DNA from: a virus
Taxonomy: Duplodnaviria > Caudoviricetes
Length of the DNA stretch: 50,635 nucleotides
IMG/VR virus record: IMGVR_UViG_3300013137_002980
Location: 1-50,635 of that record
Direction: 5' to 3' (one strand)
How positions within the stretch are numbered: the stretch's first letter is position 1; each line of letters starts with the position of its first letter. The notes under the pieces are model-generated. The model did not search any database. It had not been told where the DNA came from and saw only the letters and a program-made list of their open reading frames with translations. A program made the translations under genes and the position numbers. Below are positions 35,318 through 44,339 of the stretch, piece after piece.

Positions 35318-35830
35318 TCAAACCCTTAACTTTTCAACTTGAATAATCAGCTTCCCGCCTTTTTCTGATGGCAACCGCTTTACCAGCAATTCATCCACCT
35401 GAGAATCATCCAGAATCAACCCACCTTTTGACAAAGCATCGAAGCATGGTTTTACGATGTTATCGATGTCACGTATTTTCGCATCAGGTGGCGCGTATTC
35501 GATCTTTACGCGAACTCTGCCCTGATACCCTGCCGGCTCGATAAAACGCTTCATAACGTCAATAAAGTGGATTGCACGCTTACTTAATCGGTTGGTTTTA
35601 TTGGCTCCACGAATCCAGTAGTGATTTACCGAAGGAGGTGTAATTAAAACTTCACACCAGAGTAATTCATCGTTCATCGGGCCAAAACCTTTCCCCTCGA
35701 CCAAATGAGCCGGAACCTTTGGCATTGGATCAGGATTAGATTTCTTTTTCCCCGACTTGGCTGCCACACCAAATCGAGGTCCAATACCGGCTTTTCGTGC
35801 CTGTGCTGCGGTAATGCGAAGATTAGTCAT
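35318..35830 (-). CDS. rusA: RusA Holliday junction resolvase
   Basis: PPSVNHYW, PPD...RDIDNIVK...DAL, DDSQVD. Confidence 0.9.
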   Translation of the reverse strand: MTNLRITAAQARKAGIGPRFGVAAKSGKKKSNPDPMPKVPAHLVEGKGFGPMNDELLWCEVLITPPSVNHYWIRGANKTNRLSKRAIHFIDVMKRFIEPAGYQGRVRVKIEYAPPDAKIRDIDNIVKPCFDALSKGGLILDDSQVDELLVKRLPSEKGGKLIIQVEKLRV

Positions 35831-35945
35831 TGGCACCTCGCATTATCCAAACATAACGATCATGGCAAATCGACCAGTAGACATACTCACCGCGCTTTCT
35901 GAGTTTTCGTGCGCGTCTGTTTGAAATTTGACGATGTTTATTCAT
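35823..35945 (-). CDS. 40-aa basic protein MNKHRQISNRRARKLRKRG...
   Basis: Hand translation; GAGGTGAG RBS; fills gap in operon. Confidence 0.55.
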   Translation of the reverse strand: MNKHRQISNRRARKLRKRGEYVYWSICHDRYVWIMRGAND

Positions 35946-35953
35946 GACTCACC

Positions 35954-36514
35954 TCACAAATCGATCTGGTGCTTAGTAAGGCGAGCACCATTGTTTATTT
36001 GATCTTCCGCCTTCTGACGCGCATCAGTGAATGGGTCGCTAGCACCTCGCAGGGCTTTTTCCAAAATTCGTTTAATTGGATTTAAGATCTGCACTTTTGC
36101 TTGCCACCAATTCTTGGTTTGCATATCAGATGCTTCTGTTTTTAAATCTCTAAAGCACTCAATTTGTCTTTTCACATGTGTTAAGGCTTTATCTGTAACG
36201 CTATGCAGTTCATCCCGCTCAACCACCATCTTTAAATATTCAGCCTTCCATGAACTAGCTTGCATTTGCTCATAAGCAATCTTCTCAGCATCCTTCTGCA
36301 TATCCTCCTTGTAGACAGCTAATTGGGTTTTCAGGCTTTCAATCTGCTTCTCATACTTCCGCAGGTCAACATCTTGAAGCTTGATTACTTCATCCATTTC
36401 TTTGATAGCGGCTTCCTGATGAGTCCAAGCCTCTAAACAAGATGCGCGTCGACCTAAACGATTTTGATCACCGTTTAATATTTTTTCCTCATAAAAAGTT
36501 TCAAAATCACTCAT
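35954..36514 (-). CDS. Hypothetical coiled-coil protein
   Basis: ORF in operon; probable start MSDFE. Confidence 0.65.
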   Translation of the reverse strand: MSDFETFYEEKILNGDQNRLGRRASCLEAWTHQEAAIKEMDEVIKLQDVDLRKYEKQIESLKTQLAVYKEDMQKDAEKIAYEQMQASSWKAEYLKMVVERDELHSVTDKALTHVKRQIECFRDLKTEASDMQTKNWWQAKVQILNPIKRILEKALRGASDPFTDARQKAEDQINNGARLTKHQIDL

Positions 36515-36671
36515 CCCAACCCCTCCAATCACCCCGAATCAAATCTTCAAACTGCTTACTTTCTTCATCTGCCGCCTGGTGCATCATTTCAAATTGCTGC
36601 TGAAGTAATTCCTTTTCTTGCAAGTCAGTCGTTTTATTGATCTGATCTCTCAATTCTGTAAATCCTGTCAT
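36507..36671 (-). CDS. 54-aa hypothetical protein MTGFTELRDQIN...
   Basis: Hand translation; ATGA coupling with upstream gene. Confidence 0.55.
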   Translation of the reverse strand: MTGFTELRDQINKTTDLQEKELLQQQFEMMHQAADEESKQFEDLIRGDWRGWDE

Positions 36672-37258
36672 GCCGCCAACTCCTGTAAACGATATTTTCT
36701 GCGCATCCCGCGATTCACACGCTCAGCCTTAAACTTGTTGTAAGACGCGAAATCCTTAAATCTCACATCCGCTTTCATGTAGCACATGCACTTAAATAGC
36801 TTGTAGCCCTTGTCTAAAAATGGCTTATGCACATCATCGGTTTCCTTCTCTAAACCATTCCATCTGCGCTTAAATCCATGTTCATCCACCAACTTTGCAT
36901 CACTTCCGCCAAGCTTAAATTGGTCGTATGTCATGCTCGGCACATTGAATTGCACTGCTGAAGTCTGGATGTCGCTTGGGTCGTCCTTGTGGTAGTAGTA
37001 AGAATCCATGCCTACGAAAAACGCAGTGTCATCAGTCATCAAATCCCACAAAATTGGCACAACAAGATCACCATCAAAATACTCATACATGCCTTCAATG
37101 GCCTGTTTTTTTGACACGCCAGCCGCTTTCAATTTGTTCGAAGCTTCGGTCAATTCAACATCATCAAACGATGACCACAATTCATAGGTTTTAGCCAATT
37201 CATTTCGATACAGATTGACCAACTTGTTCGGGTTGTATTTTTTATTGCGCTTTTTCAT
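36668..37258 (-). CDS. Hypothetical phage protein (MKKRNKKYNPNK...)
   Basis: Coupled ORF in early-right operon. Confidence 0.7.
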   Translation of the reverse strand: MKKRNKKYNPNKLVNLYRNELAKTYELWSSFDDVELTEASNKLKAAGVSKKQAIEGMYEYFDGDLVVPILWDLMTDDTAFFVGMDSYYYHKDDPSDIQTSAVQFNVPSMTYDQFKLGGSDAKLVDEHGFKRRWNGLEKETDDVHKPFLDKGYKLFKCMCYMKADVRFKDFASYNKFKAERVNRGMRRKYRLQELAA

Positions 37259-37752
37259 ACTGCTGCCCGCTCCCACTTCTCAATCGCTTTCATCGCCAAC
37301 TTAATTTGCTCGTAACGCTCTTTTGAGCATGGTCTAGTTTGATTGGTTATTTGCGATATGAATGAATGTGCCATCTTTAACTCTCGGCATAAATCTCTAC
37401 CGCGGCCCTTGCGTTCTTTGCACCACTGATCCAAAGCTTGAATCTCTGCTAGGGTTGCCTGATCTTCTTTTTGTCGAGCACGTTTCTTGTGGGCTTCTGA
37501 TACAGCACTTGCCATAACTGCGCGCATGGTCTTTTGCGCGTTTTTCGGTTTTGTCAGTCGGTTGTTAAACAATGCACCTGGTTCCCCAGATTGCCCGGTT
37601 GGAATGCGTTTAATTTCTCCACCTTTGGCCAGATATTCAGCCAGTTCTGTGTCCAGCTGCTCACGTAAACTGCGTTTAGCTTCCATCTGAGCGTAAGTGT
37701 TGTCTTTCCCGATCTGGACGGCTCTGACTGATTCGCGTAGGTTTTCGTTCAT
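37255..37752 (-). CDS. Hypothetical regulator with SutA-like motif and C-terminal HTH
   Basis: LAEYLAKGGEIKRI motif; GRDLCRELKMAHSFISQI HTH-like segment. Confidence 0.6.
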   Translation of the reverse strand: MNENLRESVRAVQIGKDNTYAQMEAKRSLREQLDTELAEYLAKGGEIKRIPTGQSGEPGALFNNRLTKPKNAQKTMRAVMASAVSEAHKKRARQKEDQATLAEIQALDQWCKERKGRGRDLCRELKMAHSFISQITNQTRPCSKERYEQIKLAMKAIEKWERAAV

Positions 37753-38090
37753 GCTGCACCTCCGCTCAACCAATGACATTCAACCTCAAATCCCTCAATG
37801 TCTTTAAACAGGTTTTTGGCAAATGCGGTTTTTAGATACCATGAAATACCAGCTGCCCATGTTTTATTGTCCTTTGGGTTTAAAGCATTCGTAACTTCAA
37901 AAAATTCCTTTTCCCATTTATCAAAATCCACATGCTTCTCAGTAAAATGTTTCTTTTGCTCATCGCTCAGCATGTTCTTTTTGATTAATTCGATGAAACG
38001 CTCAAACTCCCCAAGTCGGAATACACCCAGAATCTCTACCCAATTAATTTCATATTCGCCACGAGCAACCAAGATAGTAAAAACCTTCAC
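37749..38090 (-). CDS. Hypothetical protein
   Basis: Coupled ORF, lower GC than neighbours. Confidence 0.6.
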   Translation of the reverse strand: MKVFTILVARGEYEINWVEILGVFRLGEFERFIELIKKNMLSDEQKKHFTEKHVDFDKWEKEFFEVTNALNPKDNKTWAAGISWYLKTAFAKNLFKDIEGFEVECHWLSGGAA

Positions 38091-38839
38091 ACCCCACCTC
38101 TCATACGCGCATCAGACCAGTTGCACTCCACCATATCCAGGCCATCGTGCTGGAACCTGGACCACAGGCGATCACCCAAATCCTTGCGCAGTTCTTCAAG
38201 CGTAAAGTTTGAAATCAGCATTGTTGGTTTGCCTTCGTCGTAACGGGAATACAAAACCTTGTGGACCAGCTGCAGACGGTTTTCATGTCGATCATGCAGG
38301 CCGTATTCATCCAGGATCAGCAGGTCATATTCCGTAAACCGGTAGATTGCGTTTGATTCGCTGTCATTAGCCTCTTTCTTCCAGGCATTGGCAATCTCAT
38401 TGGCCATGTCTTCGGAAGTGATGTAACGGGCGTATTTACCGTGCTCCAATACGTTTCTGGCCACCGCACAGGACAGATGCGTTTTACCGGTACCCGTACG
38501 GCCCACCATGATCAGGTTTCGGGTTTTACCGGCAATAAAATCCTTGGTGAATTTCACGCAGGTCATTTTTGCCAGCTTCTGGCCATCGTTCTGGGTCTGG
38601 TATTCAGCAAAGCCGCTTTGAGCATGACGGGCTGGCAACCTGGCACCGGCAAAGTGTTTTTTACGCACTTCGGTATCAACCTGCTTCTGGTGTTCACGGT
38701 TTGCCTGGATCAATTTTTCTTTGGCACAGGTACCGCAAATCGGGCCACCACCGGTGATCAGTTTTGGCTCGGCGTGAATTGCACAAAGTTCGTGACTGAC
38801 TTCAAGATTGAATTGTTGAGCAACAGCGGGTGAGTTCAT
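38087..38839 (-). CDS. DnaC/IstB-like AAA+ helicase loader
   Basis: CAIH..CGTC zinc motif, GRTGTGKTHL, LLILDEYG, ISNF, DRLWSR. Confidence 0.9.
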   Translation of the reverse strand: MNSPAVAQQFNLEVSHELCAIHAEPKLITGGGPICGTCAKEKLIQANREHQKQVDTEVRKKHFAGARLPARHAQSGFAEYQTQNDGQKLAKMTCVKFTKDFIAGKTRNLIMVGRTGTGKTHLSCAVARNVLEHGKYARYITSEDMANEIANAWKKEANDSESNAIYRFTEYDLLILDEYGLHDRHENRLQLVHKVLYSRYDEGKPTMLISNFTLEELRKDLGDRLWSRFQHDGLDMVECNWSDARMRGGV

Positions 38840-39744
38840 ATCAAATCCCCCAGCTCAATGTCATCGGTGCACGGTGCGTAGTGCTGGATCTCTCCCCAGG
38901 CATCGTTGACGTTTCGAGAATGACCCGGCTGACTCAGTGGTTTTTCGAATTGAGCCGATCTTTGGCCAACCTTGCTGCGTTTCACCCACTTCACGAAATT
39001 TGCATACATTTGGGTCGGTGTGAGTGAACCAGCGTTCAAGCGAGGTTCGTAATACGCATTCACCTCAAGCAGAATTTGATCGACCTGCTCTTGGGTCATC
39101 TTGGCTTCACCTGATCGCTGTAACCAGGAATTCAGTGAGTGCAAATCAGGTGTCCAGATTTGTAAAACCTGATCGACTGAATTTTCTTGCGCGCTACACT
39201 CTTTAAAATTTTCTTTAATATTTTCTTTAAGTGTTTCTTTAATAGGGTCCCGTTCAACGGTACTAGTCCCGTCCCCTTTGATGGGACTACCCCCGTCCCG
39301 TTTTGTGGTACTAGTCCCCTCCCGTTCAACGGTACTAGTCCCGTTTGAAGGCAGTCCCGTTTCATGGGACTGGTTAAGGGCCAAACTGTACACATTTAAA
39401 CAGCCGGTTTTGCGCTCAACTTTGATGAGTTTTTTATCTTCCAGTTCCTTGATACAGGTCATCACCGTGTCACGTTTTTTGATGCCGCAATACTTCTGAA
39501 ATTGGGTAATTGAGATTGAGTGAGATGTACGATCAAAGCCGGATGTTTGCCGCACAATGAACATAAGGCACTTAAAAGCTTTATCGTTTAATTGCGCCAT
39601 TATCTGGTCGTCAATTAAAGAGTTAGGCGTTCTTGTGTAGCCCTCTTCTTTTTTTGACATTACTTGTCGCTCTTTTTTGGGGAACCAAACCACTTCAGCT
39701 TGAGGTGCTGCTGGTTCATGTGCTAAATTTGCTCTTGTATTCAT
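38836..39744 (-). CDS. Replication initiator (lambda O-like N-terminus, DnaT-like C-terminus)
   Basis: EEGYTRTPNSL, IVRQTSGF, ISITQF; internal iterons; GAGGT RBS at 39744 start. Confidence 0.85.
   Translation of the reverse strand: MNTRANLAHEPAAPQAEVVWFPKKERQVMSKKEEGYTRTPNSLIDDQIMAQLNDKAFKCLMFIVRQTSGFDRTSHSISITQFQKYCGIKKRDTVMTCIKELEDKKLIKVERKTGCLNVYSLALNQSHETGLPSNGTSTVEREGTSTTKRDGGSPIKGDGTSTVERDPIKETLKENIKENFKECSAQENSVDQVLQIWTPDLHSLNSWLQRSGEAKMTQEQVDQILLEVNAYYEPRLNAGSLTPTQMYANFVKWVKRSKVGQRSAQFEKPLSQPGHSRNVNDAWGEIQHYAPCTDDIELGDLI
39180..39371. repeat. Replication origin: about six GTCCC(G)TT-initiated iterons (24-bp period) next to an AT-rich tract
   Basis: GTCCCGTTCAACGGTACTA-like units from 39247 to 39371; AT-rich 39180-39243. 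Confidence 0.85.
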
Positions 39745-39771
39745 ATTTGATTTACCTCGAATAAGAATCCC

Positions 39772-39808
39772 AAAAGCCTGATCTTGACCATCAGGCTTTT
39801 TCTTTTTT
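39772..39808. terminator. Hairpin between cII and replication gene
   Basis: AAAAGCCTGAT-CTTGACC-ATCAGGCTTTT. Confidence 0.7.
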
Positions 39809-40249
39809 ATCAACACAGGCATGGACCTGCGCATCCAGTTCAGCTAAGACCATGTGAAGCGTGTGGATGACTTTGGACATATCCATTGCTTCTCCCAGTG
39901 TTACCCGGCCATCAGCCATCATTTCCTTGAAAACCGCCTGTATATCTCCACCAGCAATTCCCATATTCAAAATCAGTTCTGTCAGTGCAGAATCCCGGCA
40001 TTCGGGAATGACCGGTAAATCAATAGCGACTTTCCCATGTTCAGCATTGAGGCTTTGCAAAATGCGTGGATCGCCTGTAATGGCCATGAGTTTTGAGGCT
40101 TCAACAAGTGAAATATGGTGCGTATCGGTATTCGGATTTACTTTGCTGTTGAGAACAGCCGGGCTTTTAATACCCATGCGTGGAGCCAGTGCATTTGCAC
40201 CGCCCGGGTAGTCGTGCACCGTGTGATAAGCCGCGTCTACAATGTTCAT
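39791..40249 (-). CDS. cII: Phage regulatory CII-family protein
   Basis: HDYPGGANALAPRMG...LNSKVNPN..TH; position after cro. Confidence 0.8.
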   Translation of the reverse strand: MNIVDAAYHTVHDYPGGANALAPRMGIKSPAVLNSKVNPNTDTHHISLVEASKLMAITGDPRILQSLNAEHGKVAIDLPVIPECRDSALTELILNMGIAGGDIQAVFKEMMADGRVTLGEAMDMSKVIHTLHMVLAELDAQVHACVDKKEKA

Positions 40250-40272
40250 TTGCGATTCCTTTGAACGTGTTA

Positions 40273-40518
40273 TTAGATAACGGCTTCCTTACTATTTTGA
40301 GTAGAACGAACATACACCCAATTAATATCAGGACGCAGTTGCTCCGCTCGAACAATTCCTTTCGTAAACTTTTCAATTGGAAGACAGCGCTCTTCTGGAA
40401 TTTTGTCGAAGTTCCACTTACTTAAAGCCCAAGGCGTTATATCCAGATTTCGAGCCAGAGCAGATTTACTGCCTGCAATTTTGATTGCTTTTTCAAAAGC
40501 GTCTTTTGGAGTTGACAT
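40273..40518 (-). CDS. cro: Cro-like (YdaS family) repressor
   Basis: AIKIAGSKSALARNLDITPWALSKW...IP..RC..IE..T.G....EQLRPDI; start at 40518. Confidence 0.9.
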   Translation of the reverse strand: MSTPKDAFEKAIKIAGSKSALARNLDITPWALSKWNFDKIPEERCLPIEKFTKGIVRAEQLRPDINWVYVRSTQNSKEAVI

Positions 40519-40534
40519 AATGCTACCAACAAAA

Positions 40535-40616
40535 CTACTTAAAGTAGAAGATAATATACTACCAAAAATAGAATTGGTGCAACCTAAAATACGGGGTAAT
40601 ATTCTACCTAGCGTAG
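40535..40616. promoter_or_regulatory. Right operator region, CTAC-N5-GTAG sites
   Basis: CTACTTAAAGTAG 40535-40547, CTACCAAAAATAG 40559-40571, CTACCTAGCGTAG 40604-40616. Confidence 0.8.
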
Positions 40617-40636
40617 AAAATGAGAAGGTCCGTAAG

Positions 40637-41299
40637 GTGCAAACAGCCAAATATCAAGAATTTGCTTCGCGGCTTAATAGCCTCATGCAAAAAGAAGGCT
40701 CACCAATAAAAAACGTGAACCAATTAAAAGATGCCATTCAGGTTACTTATGAAATGGCTCGTCGCTACACGCTTGGTATTGCAAAACCTCGTGAAGAGAA
40801 AATGCAAATACTTGCTGAAAGATTTAATGTAGATATTAGTTATCTGGACCACGGTACAGGTATAGAACCAAACGTCACTGCCCCTTTCCCTATCGCTGGT
40901 CGATTGATACCTGTTATTTCCTGGGTACAGGCTGGATCCTGGACCACAGTTGACTCCGTTCCAGCCGGTACTCAATTTGAAGAATGGCTGCCACCTAACC
41001 CGAAATGTGGAAAGAATGGATATGGCTTAGAGGTCGTTGGTGAATCAATGCTTCCAGACTTCCGCCCTGGTGACAAAATTTATGTGAATCCAGATTTTCA
41101 ACCAGACGATCTTAAGACTGGTGATCTGGTGATTGTGTCTTGCGAAGACGATGCCGAAGCGACGTTTAAAAAATTAATTTTAGAAAGTGGCCATATTTAT
41201 TTACAGCCACTAAACCCAAACTGGCCAGAACAGACTATTCCTTTAATAGATGGATGTAAGTTGGTTGGTAAAGTGGTTGGGTTGTATCGGGATGTTTAA
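40637..41299 (+). CDS. cI: CI repressor (HTH plus S24 peptidase)
   Basis: IPVISWVQAG cleavage region, VVGESMLP catalytic Ser, ATFKKL catalytic Lys; probable GTG start at 40637. Confidence 0.92.
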   Translation: MQTAKYQEFASRLNSLMQKEGSPIKNVNQLKDAIQVTYEMARRYTLGIAKPREEKMQILAERFNVDISYLDHGTGIEPNVTAPFPIAGRLIPVISWVQAGSWTTVDSVPAGTQFEEWLPPNPKCGKNGYGLEVVGESMLPDFRPGDKIYVNPDFQPDDLKTGDLVIVSCEDDAEATFKKLILESGHIYLQPLNPNWPEQTIPLIDGCKLVGKVVGLYRDV

Positions 41300-41326
41300 T
41301 TTTCTAAAATATTATTGGTTTTAAAA

Positions 41327-42508
41327 ATGCCTAATGAAGAATTAAATTTAACTAAGCTTATTGATACCTTAGAAGATGAAAAAACAGGTGCACATGCGCG
41401 CAAGGGCTTTGCGTATCAAGACTGGTGGGCAGCTCATAAGTCATTCGAATTACTTAGTAACAACAGCAGTAAAGATTTCGCTATTGGCGTTGAAATCAAA
41501 GAAGATGTAATTATTATCGACTCACTAGCCAATCCTTCTCAGTTTGAATTTTATCAAATTAAGAAAAAGGAACCTAACAATTGGTCTATTTCGGGTTTAT
41601 TAAAAGCTGAAAAAAAAGTTTCTACTCAAGAAAAATCTACTATTTCAAAACTTTATTCTAGATATAGAGATTTCAAAACCGACTCAACACACTTATATTT
41701 TGTATCAAATGCTCAATTGCAAATAGAAGTTGTAGAAAACAGCACTAAAAGAAAACATTTGTTGCATAACTCTAATTTTGCTACAGATTTAGATGTGGCT
41801 AATCTTACAAAAATTGAGGACAAGATTCGATCAGAATTGAAATTAGACCAAGACGAGATTGTTAATTTCGATCGCTTAAACTTCCAGAGGTCTGATATTA
41901 GTGCTTTATCCCCTGATATGTCTGTGATAGGTGCTGTTACTGGCTTGAATGAAGACAACAAACTTCCATTCAAATTGAATAATATCTCTTCAACTTGTAG
42001 ATTATTAGCTTCAAAATTCCAAAAATTAGGCATGAATACTGATTTTGCAAAAAATTTAGCACAGTTGCAAAAGAGGTGCTTAACAAAAATAGAGCTATTG
42101 GAATTTTTAAAAATAATAAATGAAAAAATTAAATCACCCGAAGATTATTTAAAAGAAGGAATAACTCAATTAAGATCCGAAAACTATCCCTTTCCAAAAT
42201 TGGAATTGCTTATAGATGAATCCAGACAAATATTAGTTGATATAACAGATAGAACAAAATTGGATGTGCAAAATCTATTTCATCAGGCCCATCAACTTTA
42301 TAAAACCCGCAATAGTTCATATTACAACCTAAACTCACTTACTGAAATGGTAAATAATTTTACTTCTGACCTAATGTCTTATAGTGATGAACCTACACAA
42401 AATATAAACTATATTAAATGTATCACTTTGCTTTTTTTTATATCCAAAGGTGAGATATATAATGAAAGATATTTCAACATACCAGTTACTCAGACTGATT
42501 CGAAATAA
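41327..42508 (+). CDS. lmuA: Lamassu LmuA-like effector with Cap4-type (DUF4297) dsDNA nuclease domain
   Basis: G..ARKGFAYQ, E..EDV, FYQIK restriction-like motifs; adjacent to SMC-like ATPase. Confidence 0.8.
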   Translation: MPNEELNLTKLIDTLEDEKTGAHARKGFAYQDWWAAHKSFELLSNNSSKDFAIGVEIKEDVIIIDSLANPSQFEFYQIKKKEPNNWSISGLLKAEKKVSTQEKSTISKLYSRYRDFKTDSTHLYFVSNAQLQIEVVENSTKRKHLLHNSNFATDLDVANLTKIEDKIRSELKLDQDEIVNFDRLNFQRSDISALSPDMSVIGAVTGLNEDNKLPFKLNNISSTCRLLASKFQKLGMNTDFAKNLAQLQKRCLTKIELLEFLKIINEKIKSPEDYLKEGITQLRSENYPFPKLELLIDESRQILVDITDRTKLDVQNLFHQAHQLYKTRNSSYYNLNSLTEMVNNFTSDLMSYSDEPTQNINYIKCITLLFFISKGEIYNERYFNIPVTQTDSK

Positions 42509-42629
42509 ACGTAAAGGCTTATGTAATGAAAAAGAAAGTCACTTTTTTAGAACTCAACTTGCTATCAAAGAAAGAGCAGAAAGCACTTCAGGTGGATCTA
42601 AACCATCAAAAAATAATTTTACACGGTGA
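42462..42629 (+). CDS. Cryptic 55-aa ORF overlapping lmuA and lmuB; candidate small third subunit
   Basis: AAGGTGAG RBS 7 nt before ATG 42462; open to TGA 42629. Confidence 0.4.
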   Translation: MKDISTYQLLRLIRNKRKGLCNEKESHFFRTQLAIKERAESTSGGSKPSKNNFTR

Positions 42630-44223
42630 AAATGATACAGGAAAATCTGTAATAATCCGACATATATTTTGGTGCATGGGTTTAAATCCTGTAAATATAT
42701 TTTCAGATATATGGGACCATAATATTACTGGCATGCTGAGAATACTTTATGACGACAAAGAATATTGTTTCTATAGAAATAAGGATGATAGATATTTATT
42801 TCATAATGAAACCCTAATTTTTAGTTCTAATAAGAATAGTGAGTGGAATGGTTTGTTGGGTGTTTTTTTTAATTACCCATTAAAGCTGCGTCTCAAATCC
42901 AATCATATAGAGAATTATGCTGGGCTAGAAGGTTTGCTAGTTCCTTATTTTATAGAGCAGGATACAGGTTGGTCGCTAAATTGGAGTGGGCCTTTTATTG
43001 GTTTAGCTCGTTATAAAGATTTTTATAAAGAAATATTATCAAACTTTACTGGATTTAACTCTATAGAGTCTATTGCTATTAAACAAGATATTGATTTATT
43101 TAAATCTGATCTAACAAAATTAAAAACACAACTTAAACTTTATGAAGATTCTTTTCATAAAATAAAAATAGAAACAAGCCATGCTCTACCAAGAACCGAT
43201 AAAAACCAATTCAGAAGAGAAATTAAAAAATCAAGTAATGAACTGAAGTCTTTACTTATAAAACAAAAAAATCTTAAAAATAGCTTATCTGAGTTAATTC
43301 AAAAAAAATTTAAATTAAAATCTATTTTAAGATCAAGTATAAGATCTTACAAAGAGATTGCTCTTGATATTGATTATTTAGATGAGAATCTTGAAGTTGA
43401 GTGTCCTACTTGTGGAACCTTGCACAAAAAAACATTAGAAGCATCGGCATCTTTAGAATTTGATTATACAATTTTAGACAACAATATAAAAAATTTAAAA
43501 AATGAAATACTAGAAATAGACAAAAAAATTGCTCCACTAAACTCCTCTTTAGTTGCTATCGACAAAGAAATAGATAATTTTAATAAAACTTTACAATCAT
43601 CAAAAAATAATATTATCTTTCAAGATATTATTGATGTTGAAGCAAATAAAAAAATTTCAAAATCATTTGAAAGAAATATAAAATCTGTGGCCGTGGATAT
43701 TAAAAAAATTGAAGAAAAAATCTCATTAGCTGAGAAAAGTATTGAAAGTTTAGAATCTAAGGATGTTAAGAAGGAAATAAAGAAAATTTTTGAAAATAAA
43801 TTAAAATATAACTTTAATCAACTAAACATTCCGTTTAATGGGAAAATAAATCAAATTCAATCTAGGCCCAATATCGGTGGAGGCAGTTCAAATCCACGAG
43901 CAATTTTAGCTCTTCACATGACATATCTTGAACTTAGTTTAATTAAAACTAATCTACCACTATTCCCTTTTGTTATAGATACACCACAGCAAAATGGACA
44001 AGATATGAACAATCTTTCTAATACATTTAATCATTTAGAGAATATTGATTTCACGCAATTAATAATTGGCTCAGAAATAATTCCAAGCCAAGCTAATCTA
44101 AAAAATTATAAAGTTTTAGAATTTAAAAATAAAAATGCGGTACTAAATTTAAAAGATTATACAAAGGTATCGAAATTATTTAACAATTTTGATACTATTA
44201 TGAATAATCTATTAGAGGTTTAG
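42526..44223 (+). CDS. lmuB: Lamassu LmuB-like SMC/Rad50-type ATPase (short coiled coil)
   Basis: Walker A GENDTGKS, coiled coils with central CPTCG zinc hook, GGGSS signature, PFVIDTPQQ Walker B. Confidence 0.85.
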   Translation: MKKKVTFLELNLLSKKEQKALQVDLNHQKIILHGENDTGKSVIIRHIFWCMGLNPVNIFSDIWDHNITGMLRILYDDKEYCFYRNKDDRYLFHNETLIFSSNKNSEWNGLLGVFFNYPLKLRLKSNHIENYAGLEGLLVPYFIEQDTGWSLNWSGPFIGLARYKDFYKEILSNFTGFNSIESIAIKQDIDLFKSDLTKLKTQLKLYEDSFHKIKIETSHALPRTDKNQFRREIKKSSNELKSLLIKQKNLKNSLSELIQKKFKLKSILRSSIRSYKEIALDIDYLDENLEVECPTCGTLHKKTLEASASLEFDYTILDNNIKNLKNEILEIDKKIAPLNSSLVAIDKEIDNFNKTLQSSKNNIIFQDIIDVEANKKISKSFERNIKSVAVDIKKIEEKISLAEKSIESLESKDVKKEIKKIFENKLKYNFNQLNIPFNGKINQIQSRPNIGGGSSNPRAILALHMTYLELSLIKTNLPLFPFVIDTPQQNGQDMNNLSNTFNHLENIDFTQLIIGSEIIPSQANLKNYKVLEFKNKNAVLNLKDYTKVSKLFNNFDTIMNNLLEV

Positions 44224-44269
44224 CTCTAGATATTTATTTTTCTATTAATATAACTAACTTTCATCCTAT

Positions 44270-44291
44270 ACCCACCTAATGGTGGGTTTTT
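44270..44291 (+). terminator. Terminator after Lamassu genes
   Basis: ACCCACC-TAAT-GGTGGGT plus T-run. Confidence 0.8.
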
Positions 44292-44339
44292 CTATAATTT
44301 TATTTATAATCTATGCTGAAATTACAACAAGACAAAACT

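Noticed and set aside
38087-38839. IS21 IstB transposition helper
   Set aside because: No IstA transposase or terminal inverted repeats; coupled to the phage initiator, so a helicase loader
39247-39371. CRISPR-like repeats
   Set aside because: No spacers; in-frame within the replication initiator, so iterons
40403-40650. Long overlapping N-terminal extensions of cI and cro in the ORF track
   Set aside because: They run through the operator region; domain boundaries support starts at 40637 and 40518
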